Position numbers and translations under genes: made by a program. From the IMG/VR virus record IMGVR_UViG_3300031841_005609, positions 1 to 64,000 of that record: a stretch of 64,000 bases of DNA; one strand, given 5' to 3'. Position 1 is the first letter of the stretch; each line of letters starts with the position of its first letter. The notes beneath the pieces were generated by a model. That model was given only the letters and a program-made list of their open reading frames with translations. It ran no database searches and was not told the origin of the DNA. This DNA is from a virus. Below are positions 1 to 8,557 of the stretch, in pieces.

Positions 1-305
1 TTCTCCAAATAGATCTTCCGAAAGATATCAGAGAAACTTCTTGGGATCTGATTCTTGTTGACGCTCCTTTAGGCCATGGCCCACCAGCTCCTGGATCTCC
101 TTGGGAAAACACACCAGGAAGACCCTTTAAAGGACCCGGAAGAATGTCATCTATTTATGAGTCTTCTAGATTAATAAAAAAAGGTGGACATGTAATTGTC
201 GACGACATGGGAAGACATGTCGAAGCCCTTTATTCACTTAGATATCTAGGAAAAGAAAATCTCAAGATGTTGATCGAAAACAAAGTAGGAATATTTCAGG
301 TTTGA
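1..305 (+). CDS. Partial (5'-truncated) DUF579/GXM-like polysaccharide O-methyltransferase
   Basis: Not in the ORF track. Frame 3 reads LQIDLPKDIRETSWDLILVDAPLGHG...GPGRMSSIYESSRLIKKGGHVIVDDMGRHVEALYSLRYLGKENL...FQV and stops at TGA 303-305. This resembles the DUF579 motifs W-D-x-I-x-V-D-A-P-x-G, P-G-R-M-x-x-I-Y and V-x-V-H/D-D-x-x-R-x-V-E. Confidence 0.65.
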   Translation, partial: LQIDLPKDIRETSWDLILVDAPLGHGPPAPGSPWENTPGRPFKGPGRMSSIYESSRLIKKGGHVIVDDMGRHVEALYSLRYLGKENLKMLIENKVGIFQV

Positions 306-736
306 AAAAAATAATATCACATAGAGGCAATATTAATGGTCCCGTTCCAGAAAAAGAAAACTCTCCTGAATATATCTTGGATGCTTTGAAACTAGGTTTT
401 GATGTTGAGATAGATGTTTGGTATTTTTCTAACACATTTTTTCTAGGTCATGACGAACCTGATTATCAAGTAGAAGAATCTTTCTTAGAAAACGACAAGC
501 TTTGGTGCCACGCGAAAAACAAAGAAGCTCTTCAAAGAATGCTTCTTAATAAAAAGATACACTGTTTCTGGCACCAAGAAGATGATTATGCTGTAACCTC
601 CAGAGGGTTTATCTGGGCATACCCTGGAAAGACAGCTGAAGGAAAAGCTATTTGTGTAATGCCCGAAAGATCACCAGGGATAGATGTCGATACTTTCATC
701 GGTGTTTGTACTGACTTTTGCGAGAGATTTAAATGA
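302..736 (+). CDS. Glycerophosphodiester phosphodiesterase (GDPD/PLC-like) family protein, short phage form
   Basis: ISHRGN, ENSP and GFDVEIDVW motifs; TTG start overlaps the upstream stop. Confidence 0.75.
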   Translation: MKKIISHRGNINGPVPEKENSPEYILDALKLGFDVEIDVWYFSNTFFLGHDEPDYQVEESFLENDKLWCHAKNKEALQRMLLNKKIHCFWHQEDDYAVTSRGFIWAYPGKTAEGKAICVMPERSPGIDVDTFIGVCTDFCERFK

Positions 737-1413
737 AAAAAGAAAATTTAGAAAGAATAGTCAATGATTTGTCCGACTCAGATGGATGGAATCACTATTA
801 CGAGTTTCCTTACAACATAAAAACAAGATCAGTTCATATTCAATCACCTGGATATTGTATTCATAAATGGCCTAGACTTGAAGCTATTCTTTCGAAAGAA
901 TCTCTAGAAAAAAAGACTCTCGTCGATGTCGGGTGTTCCGATGGATATTTTTCAATCAATGCAGCCCGAATGGGACTAAAAGTAAAAGGTTTCGATCTAG
1001 ATCCCTTAAGAATAAAGAGAGCAGAGCTGGCAAAAGAAGTTCTCTCTCAGGAGAATGTAGATTTTGAATGCAGAGATGTTTTTAAAATAGAGGGTTTGCA
1101 AAAATTTGATTATTGCTTTGGTCTGGGTCTGTTGCACAGAGTCTCAGACATTGTAGGATGTTTGAAAAACTTATCAAAGCTTTCTGATTTCCTTATTCTA
1201 GAGTACAAGACCTACAACTCAGTGTCCGATATGTGTTTTGAGGGAAAAAAAGGAGAAGTAAAAGTTAATGCTTTCAATACTCTTCATGGAATACCTACTA
1301 ACACTTTTGTCAAAAACAGGCTTGAGGAACTTGGTTTTAATGAAATAGAATTTGATCTAGATACAAAAAGCAACTTAAACTTTAAGAGATCTATCTGTAT
1401 AGCGAAAAGATAA
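733..1413 (+). CDS. Class I SAM-dependent methyltransferase (CmoB/DUF1698-like)
   Basis: Motif I LVDVGCSDGYFS, acidic GFDLD, and KFDYCFGLGLLHRV. Confidence 0.8.
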   Translation: MKKENLERIVNDLSDSDGWNHYYEFPYNIKTRSVHIQSPGYCIHKWPRLEAILSKESLEKKTLVDVGCSDGYFSINAARMGLKVKGFDLDPLRIKRAELAKEVLSQENVDFECRDVFKIEGLQKFDYCFGLGLLHRVSDIVGCLKNLSKLSDFLILEYKTYNSVSDMCFEGKKGEVKVNAFNTLHGIPTNTFVKNRLEELGFNEIEFDLDTKSNLNFKRSICIAKR

Positions 1414-2142
1414 ATGAAAAAAGCTTTTTTTGTACACATTCCTAAGACTGCCGGAAACTCTGTCAGGAAGTCTCTTAGAGTTCATAATCTTCTTGTAAAC
1501 CCAGGTTATGAAAAAAAAGAAAGGGAGCATCATTTCGGAAGTAAAAGTTCAAAGAGAGTTAAAGGATCTCACCTTTCTTTTAAGACAGATACATGGCCGT
1601 GTTATTTTGAAGAACCTAGTTTCCATCATGCAGATCTTTCTTTTACAGCTGTTAGGAATCCTTACGATTTACTATTCAGCTATTATAGTCACTACATAGA
1701 CAATTCAAAAAAGAAAAACTGGATAGATAACGGATGGGCTAATGTCAATGGCTACCACAACATTGATAGTTTTGAAAAGTTCATAGATGTCTACACATCT
1801 ATTGATCCTGAAGATTGGCACGTGCCCGACCTATGTAGAAATCTATTCGGACAAATTTTCTCAGAAGATAGAAATCTTCTTGTTGAGAAAGCTGTTTTTG
1901 TTGAAACCCTAGGAAAGGGACTGTCGGAACTCGCCAAACTTCTGGGCTTAGATAAGAAAATAAGCCCTGTAAGAGCAAATGCTTCTCCTAAAAAAACCTT
2001 GAAACTAGAAGATGCATATAGCGAAGAAATGATAAAAAAAGTTTCTAAAAAATGTGAATGGGAGCTTGATACTTTTAGATACACATTTGGATCTAAGTCA
2101 TCTCATGAGAATTTTTTACTGGATATAAAAAAATATGTCTAA
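1414..2142 (+). CDS. Sulfotransferase family 2 (carbohydrate sulfotransferase-like)
   Basis: 5'-PSB loop FFVHIPKTAGNS, 3'-PB motif VRNPYDLLFSYY, and C-terminal ELDTFRY. Confidence 0.85.
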   Translation: MKKAFFVHIPKTAGNSVRKSLRVHNLLVNPGYEKKEREHHFGSKSSKRVKGSHLSFKTDTWPCYFEEPSFHHADLSFTAVRNPYDLLFSYYSHYIDNSKKKNWIDNGWANVNGYHNIDSFEKFIDVYTSIDPEDWHVPDLCRNLFGQIFSEDRNLLVEKAVFVETLGKGLSELAKLLGLDKKISPVRANASPKKTLKLEDAYSEEMIKKVSKKCEWELDTFRYTFGSKSSHENFLLDIKKYV

Positions 2143-2836
2143 GACACCAGAAATAATAATGATAGACCCTAGCGATGTGATAAATCTAGGTAGAGCTCCA
2201 GTTTCAGCTTCTAAGAATCCTTTGTTTGAAACATGTAGAATTATATTAGATTCGAATCCAAGTACTTCAGATGCGAAAGCTTTTTTAAAAAAATACTATT
2301 CTAGCCTAGCTTACGTCACTCTAAACGATCTTTTTAGAACATCGATAAAAAGTCTAGACGACTTAAGTTTTGACAACTATTTTCTTCCATGGATTCATAA
2401 AAAACCTACATCTCTAAAGGATCCAACTTTCACAAAAAGTATCAGTCAGTCTACTGTCGATAAAAAGGTAATAGAGCTAAAGAAGATAATGATATCAGTT
2501 CAGGACAAAGGCTACAGGCCTGGAGAGCATTCGGATAGAAGACATGGACATATCGCTGGTTATTTTTTAGAAACTGAAAAAAAGAAGTCTTTTTATGTAG
2601 TCGCCGGAAATCATAGAGTTGCAGCTCTTTCAGCCCTGGGTTTTGAAAAAATTCCTGTAATATATGATCACCCTGCTTATTTTAAGCCTAGGGACAAGAA
2701 ACTGTTTGGCTGGAAAGAGATGCCAAACGTGTTCGGTTTTGAGAATTTAAAAGAATGGCCCTCTGTAAAATCAGGTTTTCTAAAAGAAGAAGAAGCTGAA
2801 GAGATATTAATATCCTATGTTCACAACGAGAAATAA
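2135..2836 (+). CDS. ParB/sulfiredoxin-fold protein
   Basis: SVQDKGY...FYVVAGNHRVAALSALGFEKIPV contains the ParB/Srx GxHR motif. Confidence 0.65.
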   Translation: MSKTPEIIMIDPSDVINLGRAPVSASKNPLFETCRIILDSNPSTSDAKAFLKKYYSSLAYVTLNDLFRTSIKSLDDLSFDNYFLPWIHKKPTSLKDPTFTKSISQSTVDKKVIELKKIMISVQDKGYRPGEHSDRRHGHIAGYFLETEKKKSFYVVAGNHRVAALSALGFEKIPVIYDHPAYFKPRDKKLFGWKEMPNVFGFENLKEWPSVKSGFLKEEEAEEILISYVHNEK

Positions 2837-2839
2837 ACC

Positions 2840-3661
2840 ATGAATAGAGTTTTTGAAGATTACAAAGATATACACAAGGGAAAGAGAGTTTTTCTTGTAG
2901 CAAACGGGCCAAGTCTAAATGATACAAACTTAGACTTGATCAAGGACGAATATTCTTTTGCTATGAATAGAATTTCTCTAAAGTATGAAGAAACAGAGTG
3001 GAGACCTACCTACTATCTGTTTTCATCGACAAATGTTAACAGTTCTAAGCCTTGGCACCAGCAATGGAGAGATTCAGTTCGAACTGCAATAGAGTCTGAC
3101 AAAACAACTTGCTTCGTTGCTGAACAGTTTAGAAATCAAGTTGATCCTGAGAATAAATACAGTCAAGTGAAGTGGTTTTCTAGCCTCTCTGAGAACAAGC
3201 CAGACCCACAGGGCAACGTTTTGCATACGTGTTTTTCTACTAACGTAGTTGATAGAATAGACAAAACAGGAACCACAATGAACCTAGCCCTTCAATTATG
3301 TTATCACATGGGATTTTCTGAAATAATTTTCGTAGGAGCAGATCTGGGCTGGACTTTCGATACAGGGACTAAGAAAGATCCAAACCATTTTTCCAAAGAG
3401 TACACTGCTGAGATCACCAAACCTGAAAAAGCAAACTATCAAATGAGAAACATTCATTCTCTGGCATATGCTTATTTCAACAGAGACAAGCCAGATGTAA
3501 AGTTTTATAACGCAAGCAAGAAAACAGTTCTGGACGTTTACCCTATCATAGACTATGAAAAATATGTATCAGACGGAAACACTGATGTGTTGTCTAATAA
3601 ATTGCAAGATGCACGGGCATTCTGGGTAAGACCACCCCAATATGGCGGGTACTTTGAGTAG
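2840..3661 (+). CDS. DUF115/Maf/MptE-like protein, GT42 sialyltransferase-like fold (putative glycosyltransferase)
   Basis: VFLVANGPSL, FAMNRI, ALQLCYHMGFSEIIFVGADL, NHF and FYNAS motifs. Confidence 0.75.
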   Translation: MNRVFEDYKDIHKGKRVFLVANGPSLNDTNLDLIKDEYSFAMNRISLKYEETEWRPTYYLFSSTNVNSSKPWHQQWRDSVRTAIESDKTTCFVAEQFRNQVDPENKYSQVKWFSSLSENKPDPQGNVLHTCFSTNVVDRIDKTGTTMNLALQLCYHMGFSEIIFVGADLGWTFDTGTKKDPNHFSKEYTAEITKPEKANYQMRNIHSLAYAYFNRDKPDVKFYNASKKTVLDVYPIIDYEKYVSDGNTDVLSNKLQDARAFWVRPPQYGGYFE

Positions 3662-3673
3662 AAAGGAACTAGA

Positions 3674-4510
3674 ATGAAGATTGGAATTATAGGGCAGGGT
3701 TTTGTAGGTTCTGCAATAAGAGAGGGACTAGATGATTATTACGAAGTACTCACTTACGATAAAGACTCATCTAAGTCAAGAAACAGTCACGAAGAAGTAG
3801 TTAGCAACTCTTCAATTGTTTTTATATGTGTTCCTACTCCTATGAGAAAGTCAGGTGAATGTGACACCCGAATTCTAGAGTCAGTGATATCTGATGTAGA
3901 AAACGTAGATACAAAAAACGAGCCTGTTCTGGTTATAAAGTCAACCATACCTCCAGGTACAACTGATAGAGTTTCTGGTCTCACTCGATTTGATGTCTGT
4001 TTTAGTCCTGAATTTTTAACTGAAGCCAATTCTTTTCAAGATTTTAAGAACCAGACAAGAATAATAGTCGGTGGTCCTCGTCCAGCCACGGGAAAAGTAA
4101 AAGCAATGTTCAGAAAACCTTTTCCTGAGATTCCTATTATAAAGACAGGAACAAGAACAGCTGAGATGATAAAGTACTTTACTAACTGCTTCTTAGCTAC
4201 CAAGGTTACTTTTGCAAATCAAATGTACGATATCTGCAAATCTGCAGGAATAGACTACGACAAAGTTTGTGAATATGCGCTACACGATCAGCGAATAGGG
4301 AGAACTCACTTAGCGGTTCCGGGTCCAGACGGAGATAGAGGGTTCGGGGGTCACTGTTTTCCTAAAGATCTTGCTGCAATGATATACTTTTCTAATGAGA
4401 TCATGAACGAAAACTCTGATTTTCTAAAATCTGTTGAAGACTCTAACAACAGATATCGAAAAGATAGAGACTGGGAATCAATGCAAGGGAGAGCAGTTTC
4501 AGATGACTAA
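3674..4510 (+). CDS. ugd: UDP-glucose/GDP-mannose dehydrogenase family protein (lacks C-terminal domain)
   Basis: GIIGQGFVG Rossmann motif, FICVPTP, KSTIPPGT, PEFL, AEMIKY and catalytic GFGGHCFPKD. Confidence 0.9.
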   Translation: MKIGIIGQGFVGSAIREGLDDYYEVLTYDKDSSKSRNSHEEVVSNSSIVFICVPTPMRKSGECDTRILESVISDVENVDTKNEPVLVIKSTIPPGTTDRVSGLTRFDVCFSPEFLTEANSFQDFKNQTRIIVGGPRPATGKVKAMFRKPFPEIPIIKTGTRTAEMIKYFTNCFLATKVTFANQMYDICKSAGIDYDKVCEYALHDQRIGRTHLAVPGPDGDRGFGGHCFPKDLAAMIYFSNEIMNENSDFLKSVEDSNNRYRKDRDWESMQGRAVSDD

Positions 4511-5393
4511 AGCAGTTGTGACCGGCGGTTGTGGTTTTATAGGAAGTCACATCGTAGATAGGCTCATTGTCGAAGGATTTGATGTCGAAGTAATCGACGA
4601 CCTTTCAGCACCTGAAAACGAAGAGTTCTATTTTAACGACAAAGCTGCTTATCACAAGATGGATGTTTCCAGAGATGATTGCTTTAAAGTATTTGAAAAA
4701 TCTTCCTATGTTTTTCATCTTGCAGCAAGGAGTAGAATTCAACCTACAATAGATTCTCCAAACAGTTGTTTTGAAGTAAACGTCGTAGGTTCTCAGAGGG
4801 TCCTGGAGTGGTCTAGAAGGTCCGGAGTAAGCAAGTTCATATATTCAGGCACAAGTTCTCTTTACGGTCATCAGAATTCAATTCCCTTTCTTCCTAACAT
4901 GCCTACTGATTGTTTGAATCCTTATTCTATGTCTAAGTGGATGGGCGAACAGATTTGTAAATTATACAGCCAGAACTATGAATTGGACACTGATGTCCTT
5001 AGATACTTTAATGTTTACGGGCCTAGAGAACCTATCAAAGGACAATATGCTCCAGTTATCGGTCTTTTTAAAAGACAAAAATCAGAAGGTAATCCGATGA
5101 CAATCGTAGGGGATGGAGAACAGAGAAGAGACTTTACTTATATCGACGATGTTGTCGAAGCTAACATCCTTTCGGCGCTTTCTAGAAAAAGAAGTGGGTT
5201 CAATATCTATAATGTCGGATCTGGAAAAAACTATTCGATAAACCAAGTTGCTGACATGATCGGCGGAGAAAGAAAGTTTATAAAAGAGAGACCTGCTGAA
5301 GTTAGAGAAACCTTGGCAGACATTGAAGACACACAGTCTGTTTTAGCTTGGTTTCCTAAGCACTCTCTTGAAGAGAAAATTTTATCCTATTAG
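4503..5393 (+). CDS. NAD-dependent nucleotide-sugar epimerase/dehydratase (extended SDR)
   Basis: VTGGCGFIGSH, HLAA, YSMSK (YxxxK), RYFNVYGP and GDGEQRRDF. Start moved to ATG 4503 (MTKAVVTGG), downstream of GGAG. Confidence 0.92.
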   Translation: MTKAVVTGGCGFIGSHIVDRLIVEGFDVEVIDDLSAPENEEFYFNDKAAYHKMDVSRDDCFKVFEKSSYVFHLAARSRIQPTIDSPNSCFEVNVVGSQRVLEWSRRSGVSKFIYSGTSSLYGHQNSIPFLPNMPTDCLNPYSMSKWMGEQICKLYSQNYELDTDVLRYFNVYGPREPIKGQYAPVIGLFKRQKSEGNPMTIVGDGEQRRDFTYIDDVVEANILSALSRKRSGFNIYNVGSGKNYSINQVADMIGGERKFIKERPAEVRETLADIEDTQSVLAWFPKHSLEEKILSY

Positions 5394-5400
5394 GTGAGAA

Positions 5401-6339
5401 ATGAAAAATATTTTAGTAACAGGAGGCTTAGGCTTTATTGGATCTAGTCTCGTAGAAAGGCTTAGAAAAGACAACAAGGTCACAGTCGTAGATAACATCT
5501 CTTCAGCAAGAGAAGACTGGAGAGAGCTAATAGACAAAAATTCAGACGTTGAATATATTGAAGCATGTTATTCATCTCCCATGATTCTTAACTCTCTTAG
5601 AGCTGGAAAATTTGACTATGTTTTTCACGTCGCCGCAGTTCCCAGAGTCTTATATTCTGTAGAAAATCCCGTTGAAACTACTGACAACAATGTAATGAAA
5701 ACCATTTCTCTTATTGACGGTTCTATAAAAGGGGGTGTCAAGAGATTTATCTTTTCTTCTTCTTCGTCTGTTTACGGAGGAGCCGAAGTTCTTCCTACTC
5801 CTGTAGATTTTAAAAAGGATCCTAAGTCACCGTATGCTTGGCACAAGTCATCAGTAGAGGATTACATTGCCATGGCTTCTTTTCTCTACAATGTAGACAT
5901 GGTTTCTCTGAGATATTTTAACGTTTTTGGTCCTGGGCAATTTGGAGGATCTGCCTATTCAACAGCAGTTTCTGCTTGGTGTCATGCAATAAAAAACGAA
6001 AAACCCTTAAGAAAAGACGGGACTGGAGAGCAGTCTAGAGACATGTGTTATATTGACAATGTTGTTGACGCAAACATAAGAGCTATGGAAAGTAAAAACA
6101 AATTTTCAGGTGACTGTTTTAATGTTGCGTGCGGAGACAGAGTTTCTAACAATGAGATTCTAGAATTTCTGTCCAAAAGATATTCTGACATAAAAATAAA
6201 AGAAGCACCGTTCAGGATGGGTGATGTAATGCACACTCTGGCGGATATCTCTGAGTCTGAGAAAACTCTGGGATACTCTCCTAAAATTAGGTTCTGGGAA
6301 GGCCTAGAAAAAACTTTAGAATGGTGGGGTTTAGACTGA
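5401..6339 (+). CDS. NAD-dependent nucleotide-sugar epimerase/dehydratase (WbpP/GalE-like)
   Basis: VTGGLGFIGS, SSSSVYG, SPYAWHK, RYFNVFGP and GDVMHTLADIS. Confidence 0.92.
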   Translation: MKNILVTGGLGFIGSSLVERLRKDNKVTVVDNISSAREDWRELIDKNSDVEYIEACYSSPMILNSLRAGKFDYVFHVAAVPRVLYSVENPVETTDNNVMKTISLIDGSIKGGVKRFIFSSSSSVYGGAEVLPTPVDFKKDPKSPYAWHKSSVEDYIAMASFLYNVDMVSLRYFNVFGPGQFGGSAYSTAVSAWCHAIKNEKPLRKDGTGEQSRDMCYIDNVVDANIRAMESKNKFSGDCFNVACGDRVSNNEILEFLSKRYSDIKIKEAPFRMGDVMHTLADISESEKTLGYSPKIRFWEGLEKTLEWWGLD

Positions 6340-6341
6340 AC

Positions 6342-6370
6342 TTAAACTTTTGATCATTTTTTTCTAATAT
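6342..6370 (+). promoter_or_regulatory. Putative sigma70-type promoter TTAAAC-N17-TAATAT
   Basis: Lies in the intergenic gap before the nuclease gene; same spacing as the elements at 7266 and 48504. Confidence 0.45.
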
Positions 6371-6397
6371 TGATTTATAATTTATAAGAGAGAAAAC

Positions 6398-7261
6398 ATG
6401 TCAAAAGAACAATCTCTACCTCTTTTACCCACCGGTAAGCCTCACATCTCTTTTTCAGAAGCGAGAATGTGGAAAGAATGTCCTTGGCGACATAAGCTGG
6501 TTCACATAGATAAGCTTTCTATCCAGGAAGAATCACCTCACCTTCATTATGGTACTTTAGTTCACGAAGCAGTTGAAAATTTCTTGAACACTAAAGTGAT
6601 GGACATAAAGAGTTGTCAAGAAAAGATAGAGGAAGCCTGGAACGAACATGGTTTCGACACGCAGGAGTTTGTAGAAAAGCAGACAGCTTCAGCTCAAAAA
6701 CAAGGTTGGAAATATAGACACGACAATCTAGACAGCTGGAAGGAATCTGCAGAAAACTGCCTAACAAGACTTCCTGATTTTATGGATGAAAATTTCGGAG
6801 AGTGGAGGTCAATCGAGGCTGAGCATCAACTCTATGAAAACATAAAAGGTTGCCAGGGAGAAAAGTTTAAAGGTTTTATTGATGCCATCATCCTTTCAAA
6901 AATTGACGGAAAGAAAAAAGCTTGGATCATAGACTGGAAGACTTCTTCACCTCGAGGATGGTCCAAAGAAAAGAGACAAGACTTCTTAATGCAGGCTCAG
7001 CTAATGCTCTATAAGTCTTTTTGGTCTGAAAAAATGGAACTTCGTAGCAGAGATATCTCTTGTGGTTTTGTTCTATTAAAAAAGAAAACAAAGATGGAAA
7101 AATCAGTTCAGCTAATACCCGTTTCAGCAGGTCCTACCTCAATGGAAAGATCTCAAAAAATGATTCGAAGTGCAATCAAGGGTATTAAGTCTGGAATGCT
7201 TCTTAAGAACAGAGAAGCATGCAAATTTTGTGAATTTAAAGACACGCCTCATTGCACTTGA
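6398..7261 (+). CDS. PD-(D/E)XK nuclease, Cas4/AddB/RecB-like with predicted 4Fe-4S cluster
   Basis: ISFS...CPW, GTLVHEAVE, E-x-E, KGFIDAI, IIDWKT, QLMLY, and C-terminal CKFCEFKDTPHC (1+3 cysteines). Confidence 0.88.
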   Translation: MSKEQSLPLLPTGKPHISFSEARMWKECPWRHKLVHIDKLSIQEESPHLHYGTLVHEAVENFLNTKVMDIKSCQEKIEEAWNEHGFDTQEFVEKQTASAQKQGWKYRHDNLDSWKESAENCLTRLPDFMDENFGEWRSIEAEHQLYENIKGCQGEKFKGFIDAIILSKIDGKKKAWIIDWKTSSPRGWSKEKRQDFLMQAQLMLYKSFWSEKMELRSRDISCGFVLLKKKTKMEKSVQLIPVSAGPTSMERSQKMIRSAIKGIKSGMLLKNREACKFCEFKDTPHCT

Positions 7262-7265
7262 GCGC

Positions 7266-7294
7266 GTTTACTAAACAGTGCCTCTATGTAATAT
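7266..7294 (+). promoter_or_regulatory. Putative sigma70/T4-early-type promoter GTTTAC-N17-TAATAT, probably leaderless
   Basis: ATG at 7301 sits 7 nt after the -10 box, with no SD sequence. Confidence 0.55.
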
Positions 7295-7300
7295 TCGATC

Positions 7301-8557
7301 ATGAATGAAAAATATAAAGTTTTAGTCCTTTCCGACCATGCGCTAAGTACATCAGGAGTCGGCTGTCAGACAAGGTTCTTAATTGAAGGTCTTTTGAAAA
7401 AAGGTAAATGGTCCTTTAGACAGTTCGGTGCAGCGATCAAGCACACAAACTACGATGTTGTTCAAGTCAATCCTGACTTTATCATCAAGCCCATCGATGG
7501 TTTTGGTGATAGAAATATGATACTCCAGACCTTGATAGCTGAAAAGCCTGACGCAGTTTTAATATTCACAGACCCAAGATTTTTTATCTGGCTCTTCGAG
7601 ATTGAAGATGAGATAAGGCAACTTTGCCCGATAGCTTACTGGCACGTCTGGGACAACTATCCTTTTCCGGAGTATAACAGGCCTCTGTATGCCTCCACTG
7701 ACTTAATAAATTGTCACTCTCACATGACCTATGAGATGGTCAAGAAAGAGTTTCCTGATAGAACAAACTTTATTCCTCATTCTTTACCAGAAGAGATATT
7801 CTATCCCCTGCCAGCCAGCGAAGTCAGGCAGTATAAGTCTGAAGTCCTAGGAAAAGGAACTGAGGATAAGTTTGTCTTGTTTTGGGTAAACAGAAATGCT
7901 AGAAGAAAAAGACCTAATGATGTCTTGTGGGCCTGGAAGAAATTTCTAGATAAAGCAGAAGCCTCGGGAAGAAAGAACGATGCTTTGCTTTTAATGCATA
8001 CAGACCCTACTGATAATGAAGGTCCAAATTTGCTCGAAACCGCTTCTTCTTTAGGAATTCAGGACTCTATTGTCTTTTCGAACCAGAGGCTTGAATTCGA
8101 AAAAATGAATGTCTTGCACAATATGGCAGATGCTTGCATAAACATATCTTATGCAGAGGGTTTTGGGCTTGCTACTCTTGAGGCAATGAATTGCGGAAAA
8201 CCTATCATAGCAGGAAAGACTGGTGGTCTAACAAGACAAGTTGTTGATCACAGGGATGGTTCTGAAAACGGAGTAGCACTACCAATAAGATGCAAGAGCC
8301 TTGTCGGCTCTCAATCTGTCCCTTACATTTACGAAGACTACGTAGATGTCGACGAAACAGCGGACGCCATCTTTAAGTTATACAGTATGACAAAAGAAGA
8401 GAGATCTTCTCTGGGCAAAAAAGCTAGGGACTATGCACTTTCTGAGTTTTCTTATCAAAAGACCATTGACCTTTGGGATGAGACTCTAGAGAAGCTAATA
8501 CTAGAAAAAAGAGAAAACCCACCAAAACGTTGGACAATTCAGGAGGTCAAGCCTTGA
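7301..8557 (+). CDS. GT-B fold family 4 glycosyltransferase
   Basis: SDHALSTSGVG, NRNARRKR, and AEGFGLATLEAMNCGKPII (E-x7-E motif). Confidence 0.9.
   Translation: MNEKYKVLVLSDHALSTSGVGCQTRFLIEGLLKKGKWSFRQFGAAIKHTNYDVVQVNPDFIIKPIDGFGDRNMILQTLIAEKPDAVLIFTDPRFFIWLFEIEDEIRQLCPIAYWHVWDNYPFPEYNRPLYASTDLINCHSHMTYEMVKKEFPDRTNFIPHSLPEEIFYPLPASEVRQYKSEVLGKGTEDKFVLFWVNRNARRKRPNDVLWAWKKFLDKAEASGRKNDALLLMHTDPTDNEGPNLLETASSLGIQDSIVFSNQRLEFEKMNVLHNMADACINISYAEGFGLATLEAMNCGKPIIAGKTGGLTRQVVDHRDGSENGVALPIRCKSLVGSQSVPYIYEDYVDVDETADAIFKLYSMTKEERSSLGKKARDYALSEFSYQKTIDLWDETLEKLILEKRENPPKRWTIQEVKP

Noticed and set aside
6398-7261. Cas4-like protein as evidence of a CRISPR-Cas system
   Set aside because: No cas1/cas2 or effector genes and no repeat-spacer array were seen; stand-alone Cas4/RecB-like nucleases are common in phages.
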